A stretch of 63,120 nt of DNA, filler included, from Folioceros fuciformis (GCA_049999805.1; 9 parts of 9 records of this genome joined end to end with filler, not necessarily neighbours in it), one strand, 5' to 3'. Shown: positions 1 to 13,790, numbered from the whole stretch's first letter. Translations and numbers: made by a program. Notes: a model not told the origin generated them from the sequence alone.

Positions 1-605
1 TTTTTCGCGAACATCTAGGACCGTGACGGAGTCGGCATGGGGAGGATCGACGCCTCGGGTGTTGCAAATGCGCATCTTTTGGGACACTGAGCTGCTGCTT
101 TTCAGGATGTTCTCATCACCGCACACTGTACGCTTTGCAGCTTGCTGCAGCTTCCAACTCGTCGTTCGTTTGCTGTTGAGATTGCCAGGACATCTGGATG
201 CATCGTTCCTCATGTGTTTTCACTTTCCGGGCAAGTGCATTGACTGTGAAGTATGCACTCGGCAAGTGCGCCAGTATCAACCACGCCCAGCTTGACGTGC
301 AAATTCAAATCCTCTTGCTTTCCTGCAAACAATGCTTTTGTCGCATAAAGAACCTGATTATCACACCTTGCCGGGAAGCCCATATGTCCATGGCTGCCGT
401 CTCACAGGGCCCGCGCACCTGTCTCTCTTCACGATTCGGACTGCGTCGCTCATGGTTGCCAAGGCAGGGAAGGGCAGGGGACAGGCTTGTCATTTTCTTC
501 CCCGGCACCCAGGTTTATTAGTCTCTACTTGTAATGGGAGGATGGATGGGGGCACCAGCACAGGCAAGGTGAAACTCACGTCAACTGCCAGCTGCTCTGC
601 TCAGA

Positions 606-3600
606 ATGCAAGTACATGGCGGACCCATTGTTTTCAAGCGCTGTTTCCTGGCTGCCATTCTAATTGCCTCCCTTGCAACATCATCTGCACAGCCTGGTAT
701 GCACCACCCAAGTGCGAGTGCCTTTGATTTCTTGAAGCAGGAAACGAGCGGCGCTGACATGTTGGTTACACATGTACCACTACCACTCAGGTGCAAATTT
801 TGTAAGCGTCGACTGTGGGGGCAGTAGTGAGTTCACCAGCGCTGAGGGCATTGCCTGGAAACCGGACAGCGTGACCAACTTCGATCACTCTCCTGGGCTT
901 CCAGCTAGGATAGTATCCAACGTTTCTTCCATTCCCCGGGAGTTGCAGACTCTGCAGTACTTCCCAGATTCGGTTTCCTCGGTGAAAAGCTGCTACGTGA
1001 TTCCTGTGGAGTCTCCAAAATCGACCTACCTGTTTCGGGCAGGATTCCTCTACGCCAATTATGATCAGCTAAACAGGCCCCCTTCATTTCTCATCAGCCT
1101 GGATTACGATTACTGGGCATTTGTGCAGCTCAAGGCTGGGAATGACCCCGTGTATTATGAGGTCATCACAGCCATTTCTTCGGATCAGCTCACGTTTTGT
1201 TTGATCAGGGTGGATAATTCCGCTACTCCCCTGCTGAACACCCTTGAGCTGCGCCCTCTTCCTTATCCCGCCTATTCAGCTCCATCTTCAGGTAATGTAA
1301 CCATGTCAACCATGTTATCAACTCATTGCGGTGTGTACTAATCTCAAGCCTTGAAATGTCTGTCCAGGTTCAGCTGCTTACGTTGGGGGTGCTCCCATGT
1401 TGGATCGCTACTACATCTCAGTTCTACGCGTGAATTTTGGAGGGCCTTTCATCAGGTGGGAATTGCTGGGACGGGGAAGTCTGAGTACATTGTTCTCACT
1501 GTGGCACAGAGTGACGCCCGATCTCACCTGTGCCCCTGTCCCTTCGGTGCCGTGTGCAGATTTCCCGACGATGAATATGACCGCTTCTGGTCAGATTATC
1601 GCACTGTCCTCCCTGAGACTGGCAACCTTGAGGTCCTCAGCACTTTCCAATCGGTGAACACCACCGCAGCCACGAGGGACTTGCCTCCAGAGAGGGTGAT
1701 GCAAACTGCGGTATCTGGTACCTCGTTTTCCTTCTCTTTGACTCTGACGCCTCAACTGCTCGCTGGCTCCATGCTTCTCAACAAGTCGAAGTTAGCGGAC
1801 GCCTTCCCAAGTTTTTACTTTACAGAAATTGCCGATGTCAGCGAGGATCAAGATAGAATTGTCAGATTCGCCTGCTCTAATTTGCTGGAGGAGAACCTAG
1901 TGGACTTGAAATATCCTTTCTTGGCCCACGAGGCCTTCAGTTGGAATCAATTCGTAGCCTTCGACAAAAACACCACCTGTACATTTACGAGAGCCCCAAC
2001 TAGCACCTTGGATCCCCTCCTCAATGCTATTGACTTCTACACTGTACGGGATAAACTTCTTTCGGGGACTTCTGCGGTTGATGGTATAAACTACTCTTCC
2101 CTAGAGCTTCTTGACACGGCTTTGCCTTGTGCTTTGGTGGGCTCGGATAGCTGTTGACTACAATGCTATTTGCTACACAGTTCAAGCTTTGGACGAGGTG
2201 AAAGCACATTTAAGCATACAGCATCTCTGGTTTGGGGACCCCTGTCTGCCTGTGCCTTGGGATGCTGTCCTATGTGCTACCGACAGTACTTACACCATTC
2301 GAGTTACATCTTTGTATGCCTCCTGTCCCATGTGTGAAAGTTTGCAAACTCTGCTTCCAGGATCTCATTCTAACCTTCGTCACTCTTCTTGCGATGTCAG
2401 AAATATTTCCGGCATGAACTTGTCAGGTTCAATACCCTCAAGCATTTTGTCCATGACATCGTTGACACGATTGTAAGTTGTGATGTTTAGTGAGGGAGAG
2501 TTTCAGAAACTGTCAACAAACCAACGGGTAAGACCACTATGATGTGCATTTCGTTATATGAATGACTCCAACCCGTGTTTTGCAGGGACATTTCGAACAA
2601 TAGCATCAGCGGATCATTCCCTGGATGGCTGGGGACCCAGCTGCCCAATCTAGAATACCTGTATGTACTGTTACGCTTTTCTCCAAACGTAGCATGGTCG
2701 GTTGTGCCGAGTTAGCTTTTCTTGATGCTTTGCTTTTGGGCATGCAGGGATGTATCAAACAATCGGATTGGAGGTAGCTTTCCAGAGTCCCTAGTAACCA
2801 AGCTTGGCAAAAATTTCAGGTGTAGACACATACATAACTCTTTTTCTGAAGGAGCTCCGCGTCACAGCAAGATGCATTTGATCATCTTCAAAGTGCCATC
2901 AGTGCATGCCTGCGAGCAACCTTCACCAATTTTTCTAACCCTTGTGCAGTTCAAGTGTTGCAGGTACAGCGGAAATGCAGGATTGTGCAGTTCGAACGGC
3001 CAAGGTTGTAACAATTCTCATACTGGGCGGATGTTGCTGGGTGCAATTATTGGCGGAGCTTGCGCAGTTGCTATAATCTCGATTCCTGTCATCTACTTTG
3101 CCTTCTTTCTGGCACATTCGTCAAAGAACGGTGAGTACCCATATCCATCGCCATGACACCTTATCGGAGATTCCTTGTCTGGTGGGGCAGAAATTGAAAC
3201 CAGCATGGTTTTGCAGGCTTATTTGACAAGCAATATCGTCAGCTTCAATCACGACTCAAGACCAGCGGAGCACGGACCAGGCCATTTTCACTCTTTCGAA
3301 TCAGGCAGATTACGAAAGGCTTCAAAACGAAGATTGGTGAAGGAGGCTTCGGCCCAGTTTTCTATGGCCGGTTGAAGGATGGTCAGGAAGTCGCCGTGAA
3401 GGTACTATCTGCGAAGTCTCGTCAAGGAAGACAAGAGTTCTACAATGAGGCAAGTCATGATGTCGATGTTTCGGAGAGGGGACAGGACAGTGACATGCTT
3501 TGTCCTGTGCTGCTAGCAAAAGGGGAACACGTCTCTCAAACTGACGGGGCACCTGTGCAGATCGAGTTGCTGTCTGTGGTCCATCATAAGTACCTCGTTT

Positions 3601-4847
3601 GCTTGCTCGGTTACTGCCAATCCTGGAAACAACAAATTCTGGTCTACGAGTACATGAAAGGGGGAGACCTTTGCTCTCGACTTCATGGTAAAGCTGGGAT
3701 TTGTTCACGTTTCTTCCAGGATAGATTATGTGTCTTCCCTCGTTCTAGACTTTATCCTGAATTCTTGTCCAGGAAAAATGGCTTCAGCGAATCCCTTAAC
3801 CTGGATGGAAAGAATGAGCATCATCCTGGAGGTCGCGGAAGGTAAAAAAGAAACAGCTCCCCTCCTGCCTGTGAACATCTGCGGCTCCGGCAATAAGAAA
3901 ACAGTTCACCATTCCTGCGTTGTTTGAGCTTGCCCTTACCAATTATTCACAGGTCTCGAGTACCTGCATCATGGTTGTAGTCCAGCTATCATCCACCGAG
4001 ATGTCAAGAGCAAAAACATTTTGCTGACCGAGAGAATGACATCTAAGGTAGCAGACTTCGGGCTATCTAGATTGTTCACGCTGGAGGAGGAAGGTGCCAC
4101 GCATGTTACCACCGTTGTGAAAGGAACCACTGGCTACCTTGATCCCGAGTAAGCATAGACTGCCTCAAGACCTGTCTTCCAGCAGTGAATCACCAGGTAG
4201 CTCACGACCTCGCCTGCAGATACTACATCACCGAGAAACTCACGGAGAAGAGCGACGTGTACGGGTATGGCGTGCTACTCATGGAGACCATCACAGGACG
4301 AGCTGTTGTGGACCACAGCCAACCCTCGGAACATGTTTTCGTCGTAGATTGGGTAACAAAGGAACCCTAGCACGCCCCCTCACGTTTTGCGAGGATCGGT
4401 GATTTGAACCAGTGTCCGTGTCTGACCAGCTATGGCATTTGTATGCATTAACAGGTGCGCAGTGTATGGGCAGCAGACGACCTGGTCCAACTGGCGGACG
4501 TGAATTTGGCTGGCGACTACGATGCCACCACCTTCTCCGGGCTGGTGAATTTATCGCTGTGGTGTGTGGAGCGCAGCAGTGTTCACAGACCGCCTATGAC
4601 TGAGGTCCTGAAAGAACTGCGTCGGCTGGGCCTGGAAAGAGCCCTCACCAGCTCGTCCATCAAGGAGCAAGTGAATATGGATCATGACGGCTTCATCTAC
4701 GGGTCCGACTCGGAAAGCCTGGGGACAACCACATCTATGAGCTTCAACAGCAACACATCCAGTTGCCCTCGCCCTGGGACAAGTGGTCCCGATTCAGGCA
4801 CACACAAGAATCATGGTGTGGCCCCGAATTCCGACCACTCCAACATC
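606..4847 (+). CDS. Malectin-like domain LRR receptor-like kinase (LRR-I/IOS1-type), paralog 1; multi-exon, runs into the contig end without a stop
   Basis: Signal peptide ([22 protein letters not shown]). Malectin-like exons ([45 protein letters not shown]), [12 protein letters not shown], three LRR exons and a TM helix. Kinase motifs [38 protein letters not shown]. Short introns. Confidence 0.93.
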
Positions 4848-4947
4848 NNNNNNNNNNNNNNNNNNNNNNNNNNNNNNNNNNNNNNNNNNNNTTAATTAAT
4901 TAANNNNNNNNNNNNNNNNNNNNNNNNNNNNNNNNNNNNNNNNNNNN
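4848..4947. other. Artificial contig linker (N-run, TTAATTAATTAA, N-run)
   Basis: 100-nt spacer with stops in all six frames; the same spacer recurs eight times. Confidence 0.97.
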
Positions 4948-5083
4948 GTACCTTGGATACCTCCCAACAAGCGTCTGGCAGTTTGTTACGGATCGTCAGA
5001 TACCCATGGCCCTTCTGCTGCATCTGTCTGCAGCCAACAGAAGTGAGGAAGAGGAAGCATCATGACCCCCTCAGAGCTTAGCA

Positions 5084-8000
5084 ATGGTGCAGCTTTCCAT
5101 CCTCGCGCCGCTGCTTCTGCTCTTCCTCCTCATCCACCGTCGTGCCGAAGCTCTCGTCACTGCTCGAGGTGACGTCTTCTTTCTCCACGGTGCACCGTTT
5201 CCCCTCCTCTGCCTCTCAACTCTTGTTTGCCTCCTCTTACAGGCTTTGTAAGCATCAACTGCGGAGGCACCGCGGATTTCCTGGATCCTGAAGGAGTGTA
5301 CTGGAGGACCGATGCTCCAATCAAGGTCCGCCGCGCGGATGGATTGGCTGCCAACATCACCACCATTCCAGGGACGAGACAGGAGTTGCAGTCACTCCGA
5401 TATTTCCCGACCTCCACCTCTCCGGCCAAGAGTTGCTACATTGTGGCAGCGCCTCCTCCTCCCGACACTACGGATCCTCGTGCAACAGCCTACCTGGTCC
5501 GCCTGGGATTTCTCTACGCCAACTACGACAACCTGAACAGCCCACCATCCTTTTCTGTCAGCCTGGACCGGGACCCCTGGGCCCTTGTGCAGCTGGAGTC
5601 TGGTAACGACCCTCTCTACATTGAGACCTTCTCTTTTCTCCAAACCCCCACCACTGCAATCTGTTTCATCAGGCTCAAGGACACCCAAGCACCCCTTGTC
5701 AACTCCATCGAGCTTCGAGCTCTCCCATACGCATGGTACCCAGACCTTTACGGCACTCAGCTCCTCCACCTGCACATGCGAGTCAACTTTGGAGGACCAT
5801 CCTTGAGGTAACCCAGCCCCCGGGCGTGGCATACCGCTACCTGTCTTTCAACGATCGTGAGCTGCATTGAGCTCACACCATGTCTGTTTGCTGTGCAGAT
5901 TTCCTGTGGACCAATATGACCGAAAGTGGTCTAACTACTTAGATCTTTTCCCAAATCTGATAGACGTGCCGGTTGTGCAAACTTCTGCTTTCGTGGATGA
6001 CGGTGGCAATCCACATCCCCCACCTGAACAAGTGATGACCACGTCGATCTCAAGTCCTCATTTCTCCTTTAGCTTCTCGTCGGTTCCAAGCTTTCTGGTG
6101 AACGTAAATGCAACGTACAGAAGCTACCCTATCTTTTACTTTGTAGATTACTCATCGTCAGGGCAAGCAGGTTCAGAAATCAGGCAATTCAGGATGAAAT
6201 GCTCCAACCTGTTCGACCCCATAGTTATGAATCTAAGCTCAGTTCCGCCGTTAAGCTCTTTGGCCATAGACGTGCCTGCTGTCATCGGTTCATACGTTCA
6301 GGTCACTCCCCTCGTATCTCAGTGTGATCTATACCAAGATTTTCAGTCCATCAATATGTTGAATCCCACAGTCAGTGCTGCTGAACTTCTTCTACTCCAG
6401 GACAAAACTTTTGCTATCACTTCCAGCATTGATGGTATGATGTCAATTTTGTTATGTTGGATGCATTGTTTGCAATTCTGAGGTTGATCTTCTGATTCTT
6501 CAAGCGACTTTCTTGTGTGCAGTTTCTGCATTGAGTGGATTAAGCAAAGAATTAAATTTTGAACGACTATGGCTTGGGGACCCTTGTTTACCTGCACCTT
6601 GGCAAGCCCTAGTATGTGTTGCAATATCATCCACCAATTTCGAAGTTACCATCCTGTAAGTGTTTGAAGAAAATGGTGAGCTCAGCTTAAGTTTTGGCTT
6701 AAAACTCTAAATGCTAAACATATTTTAACTTAATAACTTTTTTTGTTAACATGTGATAGAGATCTATCAGGAATGAATCTGAGTGGACCCATACCATCAA
6801 ATATCTCATTACTGCCTGCTTTAACTTCACTGTGAGTTTACGTAACTCATGTTCATAATCTGTTGTCTTGTTGTTGCACTAGTTTAGTTTACAAAGTGTC
6901 TATTTTAAATATTTTTTAGAAATCTATCCAACCACAAACTAAACTTTAATTTAAATGTTTTCTCAGGAATCTATCCAACAATCATTTTAAGGGTTCTCTA
7001 CCAAATTGGTTGAACAACTTGACTCAACTTACTTCTTTGTAAGTATATATATTTTAATTTAATATTTTTATAAAGATATTTTGAAGCTTTTTCTTTCTTT
7101 TTAATATGTCTCCATATCCTTTTAAATGCATTGGTTCAGAGATGTCTCCAATAATAATCTCCAGGGCACAATTCCGCCTTCATTAATTACCAAGTTGGGT
7201 AATAATTTTAGGTAGGTTATATTTTTAATAAATTTATAATCTAATTTAAAAAGAACATACTATGATATTCTAATCATCTTCTTGGCATTGACGTAGGTAC
7301 ACTGGGAATGATGGTTTAATTTACAAACCGCACAAAACGTTCAACAAATTGATACTAATAATTGCTACATTTTCATTCCTTGCTCTGATAATTTGTATTA
7401 TACTAGTTTTCTTGGGATATAAGGTGATCCTATCGAACTCTTCAACAAATGGTACGTCTTTCTTGGAAGGGACATTTGGAATTTAGTAATTACTGTTGCA
7501 AGGACAAAGAATAGTCCTAGCCTGACGTAAATGTGTGCAGGCCTTTTTGACAAGGAATACAGAGAGCTTCAAAGAAGGTTACAAAGTCAGGGAGCAAAAG
7601 CTCAACCCTTGTCACTTGCGAAAATCAAGCGCGCCACAAACAATTTCGAGAAGAAAATAGGCGAAGGTGGTTTTGGACCAGTCTATCATGGCACACTAGA
7701 AGACGGACAAGAAGTTGCAGTGAAGGTTTTGTCAACAAAATCTAGTCAAGGGCGACGTGAATTCTGCAACGAGGCAAGAGTATTGGGTGCTGCATAGAAA
7801 AACTCCTGCAGAAGAGGTACCCTGTGCAGAGAATGGTCTTTTTGACGACACTTTGTCCGGCAGGTTGAGCTGTTATCTACAGTCCATCACAGAAATCTGG
7901 TCTCCCTACTTGGGTATTGCCAAGTCTTTGGAGACCAGATTCTTGTTTACGAGTACATGAAAGGAGGGGATGTCTATGACAGGCTTCACGGTAGGCACGG

Positions 8001-9326
8001 GTACTCTCTATATGACTTAGCTGCTCACTGACTTCACTGGTTCCCAGAACACCAGTTCAGTAATGTTTCCTTTGCAGGAAAAACAGCATCGGCCAATACA
8101 CTCACTTGGTCGGAGAGGAAAAGCATTATCATAGAAGTAGCAGAAGGTGAGGAAGGTTGATCAAACTTTACCTGCATTGCGCCGTCCGTTTCATCCTGCT
8201 GAATTCCGGGATCCTCACCTTTATGCAGGTCTCGAGTATCTCCACCAGGGCTGCAATTTGTGCATCATTCATCGGGATGTCAAGAGCAAAAACGTCCTCC
8301 TTTCAGAAACAACGAAAGCAAAAGTGGCAGATTTTGGACTCTCAAGGCTCAAGTCCATTGAAGAGCAGGAGGCCACCCACATCACGACAACAGTGAAAGG
8401 AACCACCGGTTACCTTGATCCCGAGTAGGAGATCACAGCCCTGATCCCATGTTATCTCCACATGTGCCCCTTCTCACAAGTTTGCTGGCCTTCATCCTGA
8501 CGGCATATTGTGTGTCACAGGTACTACGTCACCAAGAAGCTCACAGAGAAGAGTGATGTGTATGGATTTGGTATCCTTATGATGGAGATAATATGCGGCA
8601 GAGCTCCAGTTATTCGTAGCCTCCCAATGGAGCAGATGTATATTGCTGATTCTGTGAGATAAGCTCCTTTCCAGCAAGTCTACATTTCTGTCTTGATGAG
8701 CTGCGAAACAAATGGAAAGCATGTTGATAAGGATTTTGGTTGCGCTGCAGGTACGAACAGCTTGGAAGGCAAAAGCACTTGAAGACATAGTCGATCCCAA
8801 CCTGCAGGGCAACTTTGAGGACGAAACTTTGTACAATCTTGTCAACTTGGCTCTGTGGTGTGTAGAGCACACCAGTAAACGGAGACCATCGATGACAGAA
8901 GTGGTGCAGGAGCTACGCCAGTTTGGTCTAGAGCCTTCAGCCTCCTTAAGCTGGAGCATGAGAAATATGAAGATTTGCAGCTGTGGACAGTTTGGATGTG
9001 ACAACGAGGACCATCATCAATTTTCTAGCAGTGACTCCGAGTCCTCCATCTCGGAGGTCTCCATTCAGCTCAGTATCCGCCAAGATGAGGAGACCTCTCC
9101 TGACGGTGAAATTTCATCCCTCCAGATGACTAACCCTATTCAAGCAACCATCGAGAGAACCGGCAGCAACACTCTGCTCACAACAGCGATTGTTAAGGAG
9201 GACAATCAGGATTCCGTCTGCAGAGAGACCGTGGAATCCAACCTTGAGGAAGCTAAACACAGGGGTGGGAAGTCGATATGGAGGACATTGGGCAACCGGA
9301 CATCCCTAATTTTCCACAAAAAATGA
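5084..9326 (+). CDS. Malectin-like domain LRR-RLK, paralog 2 (complete, multi-exon)
   Basis: [16 protein letters not shown] signal, [32 protein letters not shown], three LRR exons, [13 protein letters not shown] juxtamembrane segment resembles paralog 1. [20 protein letters not shown]; Ser-rich tail; stop at 9324-9326. Confidence 0.93.
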
Positions 9327-11781
9327 GAATTGCAATGACTGTGATCGTGAATGCCCACTAAAATGCGGAGTCCACGCACTGCAACGACACGACATTATTA
9401 TGATACTTCTCTCCCCTTTTAAGACAAAGGATTACTTTACCCACCCCTCTTGTGTGTTGAACGCAGAGAGAGGTTCGGGGAAATGAGCAAATCCTTCTAC
9501 TCAGAGCGAACGTGCTCTTGTGACCTTCGGGAAGCGTGCAAGGGTAGCACCGCGCCGGATGGATATGCAGGACACCCTGGCGTCACACTTGAATTCAGAA
9601 TATATTCTACCTTCAGCTATTTTCGGCTAAAGTGCTCCAGTCACTAGTCGGGCTCCACAGGGCAAGAAAATGTACCTCTTACGCGGCAAGTACATCTATA
9701 ACCCTTCGAGATTGTCAGCGAAGCACCAGCTTCGTTTCACATCATTGACGAGGGGGAAGAGAAAGGAGCGAGAGGATAAAGACGGGAAGGGCTGCAAGCA
9801 AGACGGGAGGAGGGCAGGCTCGACCCCCAAGGGAGGAAGACAATGAATTCAAGGCAATCACGCAAACACAGTGGCAAGAAATTCAACTCACAGAACAGGA
9901 CAGCATTTTTTAGTAGAAGGTATACGTATATACAACATCCCCAGAACCTGAGTGGAACCCAAGCCGTAAACGGGCTGCTTGTTAGGATCACACTTCTTCT
10001 TCCACCGTGTCGTCGGCATCCCGCATCGCCGGAAGGTATACCCTGTACGAGGCCATGTCCTGTGTGGTAAGAAACCCGGGCAGCTAAATCTGCAGGTCCA
10101 CCACTGGAGAACTGTGACTGCGACCATACTAGGCCTAGCCCTGAGAACACAGTATCCCGGGCAGACGATGCGCCTCGCGGAATGCACTGTTCATCTACTG
10201 GACAGAATTCCGCATCGTCAGGGGCTGTAGCCGAGATACCCTAAACCAGAACGAGTGGGCCAGCAAGCGGCGCCTTTTCATCTCACACGGTAGCGTAGGA
10301 GGCCATTCTCTGCGCACTTGACCTGACCACCCATGAGATGCAACCATAATTGAAATCAACAGTCGTGGACCGTCAACCAACTCATGTACAATCATCCGCC
10401 CGTTTTCGCCAGTCATCCCATCCCGCTTGGTACATGGTCGGGGGTATCAGTAAAGACGGAGTGCCATTGCCAAATATAAGGATGCTGCAGACTGGAACTC
10501 ATGATCTGAGGGTCCTGAGTGTGGCAAGTCACATCACCATTCAAAAAAGAATTCCAGGGTAGATTCTCGTCGTCGTTGCAGAATCATACTGTTCCCTATC
10601 AGACTGGAAAAATCTGCCTGGGGAAAGCAATCCTGTCCTGTCCGAGATGACACATCCTATCAGGCCCTCCAGATATGAAGACGTGAGAGCTAGTGGAACA
10701 CACAACAACAGAGTCCTATGTTGGCCCTATATGGTGGTCACTGCGTATACTGTATATTGCCCTTACTGGTGATTCCTGTTGTTCCCAGTTCTGGAGCATC
10801 AGCACATCAGGTGGTCCTTTCATATGGTATCCCACTAAAGCTAATGCAGCAACGGCGAGCAGCATGTCCCACAGCCACCATCCACCACAGTGCCGTGGAA
10901 TCCTTGGCTTCTAGACTAGCAAACTGCTAGCGGACAAGAATCAACAAGGGATCATTGAAGCACTGATCAAACCGGTATACCAACCAGCCGCAATACCAAG
11001 AGGACATTTCGTCAGTGTTCACGTGGGGCCCGGCTTCCTTCAGCACCGGCTACGGCGTACTTCACTCTCGCTTGAAAACATCATTTGTCAGCTCCAATCC
11101 CCATCAGCACCAACCCAACTGAGCCAACATCGCGTTGATGTCGCAAAACAAAAGTGGGCCAGGGCTGAGTGGAACAATCCCAAACAAGTCTTCCCTTCCA
11201 ATTGGCTCTTGCTGCCTTGAAAATAGTGGAAGTCACGGTCCCAGAAGCAGACACAGGCTGCACGGAATTCGTACTTCCATTATGGGTACTTTTTTGGAAG
11301 ACTCCCCGGAGAATCACCCGTAAAGCTTCTTCGTCTTACCAAGTGCAACTTCGTCAAAGTGACTGCACCAGCATTGTAAGTCCTCAATCAAGAACACCTC
11401 CTACATGAAAGAGCAGCCACGATATGACATTCAGCAGATGAGAAAGCTGCGGAAATTGCATCATACAAAACTTTGACGAGCAGTACTGCTGACTGTGTAA
11501 GGCCATAGGGGCAACTGAATTGAGGTCCTGGCTTTTGCCAGAAATCTGGAAAGAGCACCATGCTGCTAGCACAATTTATAGTTTTTGTTGTCTTGTGCAC
11601 AGCACAGGACAGCAACCTCCACAGATGTGTGACTGCCATTGTAGCAAACAAACCCACCCTGAGGGGGAGGCTGCAACCACTGGGTATGATAACCCCAAAC
11701 GACACAATTCTAGTATGGCAGCGAGCCAAAAAGTATTTGCTTGCCAAACAAATCTCTGAGACTGTGTCCTGTACAAAATGC

Positions 11782-13503
11782 CTAGCTATCTGACGACCTG
11801 ACTGAATCTTTGGGAAGTTGCAAGCTCACTATATCCTCACGGGGGAGGCCGCCCCCAAACAACTCTACTTCATTTTGGTCAGCACCCGGATCCTCCTGCG
11901 CTCTCCTAGCCTCGCTCTCCTCCACGGGAAGCAGGTAAGTCACCTCTCTGTCTGTGCGGAATGCCAGATACCCGATTCCGGCCAAGTAGACAAGAATTCC
12001 AGAGAAGCCAATAATCCCCATGAAAGCCTTCCAGGCAACATGGATTCCGAGATGAATGAGCCAGCCGACGAAAGCCGTGGACAGGTAGTAGATGTTGACC
12101 GTCATGATCGCAAATCCAATGACCCAGGTTGTGACCGCAATCATCTTAGAGTTCTTGTGAGGCCCCATCTTGACTGCACTGCTGGTGAACTTGAGCAGCG
12201 GTAGCAGCGCAAAGGGCAGCTCGAAGGACAAAATCATGGAGGCTATGATGATGAGCCTTCCAGCACCCTTGGAGCCCGAGATGATAGCCACAATCAAACT
12301 GGGCACGATGGCCACACACCTGGTCAACAAATTCCGCAGCCAGGGTTTGATCCGCAGGTTGAGAAACCCCTGCATCACAAACTGGCCCGCATAGGTGCCA
12401 GTGATGGTAGAGCTCTGGCCCGACGCCAGCAGGGCAATAGCGAAGAGAGTGGAGCTCCACCTCCCCAACACATTCCTGAGCAAAAAGGAAGCCCTGTTGA
12501 GATCCAGATCGTCGCAGTGGCTCCGGTTCTCCTCCGACAAGCCCTGGCTGCCGCACACCGCCCCGGACACGGAGATGACAGACACGTTGATCAAAAAGGC
12601 GAGGAAGAGAGCAAATGCGCTCTCCAGCATGTAGTACCGGCAGCCGTCCTTGATCCCTCGGAGGGAGCGGGGGATTTTCCTGGACAGCACCAGCGCGGAG
12701 TGGAGGAAGAGGTTGTGCGGCATGACCATGGCCCCGAGCAGCGAGATGGCGAGCCCCGTAGCCCCGCTGCCCTGCAGCCGGGGCACGAACATGCCCTTCA
12801 GCACCTCCCCGGGTGCCGGCTTAGCGTAGCCCAGCTCCACGAAGAAACAGCCCGCCATGGTGAAGACGAGCAAGGCGATGAGGATCTCCAGCTTGCGCAC
12901 CCCATACTGCTGCAGCGCGAGCAGGATGAGCGTGCTGAGCCCCGTGAGCAGCACCCCCGCCCACACCGGGATGCTGAAGAGCATGTTGAGCCCGTACGCC
13001 GTGCCGATCACCTCAGGGATGTCGGAAGCCACAATGGCCACCTCCGCCACAACCCAAAGAGCGTAGTTCACCCGCCTCGGGTACTCGGCCCGACAATGCT
13101 CCGCCAGGTGCTTCCCCGTCACCACCCCCAGGTTGGCCGCCAGCATCTGGATGATGAGCGCGGAGCAGGACGCCACCAGGATCACCCACAGCAACTCGTA
13201 CTGGTACTGAGCTCCCGACTGCAGGTCGCTCTCGAAATTCCCCGGGTCGATGTAGGCGATGGCCACCAGGAAGCCCGGCCCCAGGTACGCCAGGAACTGC
13301 TTCCATCCCCTCTTCTCCGGCACGTGCACCAGGCTCTTGCCCTCCTGCTCCTCGTCCCCCGCCACTGGCCCTCCTGCCACCGTGCTGCTGCTGCTCCTCT
13401 GCGGCTGCTGCTGGTTTTGCGGATGGAGAGGGTTTGTGCCGGAGAAATGCGGCGGGGACACGCTGCTGCTGCCGCCGCCGCTGCGTCCCCCAAACGGAGC
13501 CAT
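11782..13503 (-). CDS. NRAMP: NRAMP divalent metal (Mn/Fe) transporter, NRAMP1/6-like, single exon
   Basis: Uninterrupted ORF from ATG 13503 (MAPFGG). Signature motifs [33 protein letters not shown] and [19 protein letters not shown]; many TM segments. Confidence 0.96.
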   Translation of the reverse strand: MAPFGGRSGGGSSSVSPPHFSGTNPLHPQNQQQPQRSSSSTVAGGPVAGDEEQEGKSLVHVPEKRGWKQFLAYLGPGFLVAIAYIDPGNFESDLQSGAQYQYELLWVILVASCSALIIQMLAANLGVVTGKHLAEHCRAEYPRRVNYALWVVAEVAIVASDIPEVIGTAYGLNMLFSIPVWAGVLLTGLSTLILLALQQYGVRKLEILIALLVFTMAGCFFVELGYAKPAPGEVLKGMFVPRLQGSGATGLAISLLGAMVMPHNLFLHSALVLSRKIPRSLRGIKDGCRYYMLESAFALFLAFLINVSVISVSGAVCGSQGLSEENRSHCDDLDLNRASFLLRNVLGRWSSTLFAIALLASGQSSTITGTYAGQFVMQGFLNLRIKPWLRNLLTRCVAIVPSLIVAIISGSKGAGRLIIIASMILSFELPFALLPLLKFTSSAVKMGPHKNSKMIAVTTWVIGFAIMTVNIYYLSTAFVGWLIHLGIHVAWKAFMGIIGFSGILVYLAGIGYLAFRTDREVTYLLPVEESEARRAQEDPGADQNEVELFGGGLPREDIVSLQLPKDSVRSSDS

Positions 13504-13629
13504 AACCGATCCTCGATCTGTCACGCCTTCTTCTGCCTCTCCTTCGCCTCCGATCGGCTGCCCCTGAATCGGGCAGAGATGGAGGAAGCGCAAGAGAGGG
13601 TCCGCGAACGCCGAGAGTGCGTGCCGCTT

Positions 13630-13730
13630 TCACGCGATCCACATCCCGGGATCGCGCAAACCTCCTTGGCCCCGGTGGCCGGAAGGAGGGGAAAGGCTCA
13701 CATCCGCAATAGCATGGGAATAGGCATCAT
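13630..13730 (-). promoter_or_regulatory. Two uORFs in the inferred NRAMP 5' leader: MMPIPMLLRM* (13730-13698) and MWIA* (13644-13630)
   Basis: Read directly on the minus strand between the TATA-like box (13797-13791) and the NRAMP ATG. The transcription start is inferred, not observed. Confidence 0.55.
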
Positions 13731-13790
13731 GGGCGGTCCAGTCCTGGCCAGGTCCTGCCTGCGAATGTCTCTCTAGATAAAGACTCGCTG

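Noticed and set aside
4848-4947. Recurrent TTAATTAATTAA palindrome flanked by Ns (eight copies)
   Set aside because: Six-frame-stop linker used to concatenate contigs; not biological. ORFs ending in X..LIN are artefacts.
606-9326. Calling the MLD-GDPC-LRR kinases SYMRK
   Set aside because: The architecture is shared by the wider LRR-I group; orthology needs a phylogeny.
12517-13776. 419-aa antisense ORF over NRAMP, and similar overlapping ORFs at 23277-24036
   Set aside because: Shadow ORFs expected from high GC codon bias on the coding strand; no recognisable domain.
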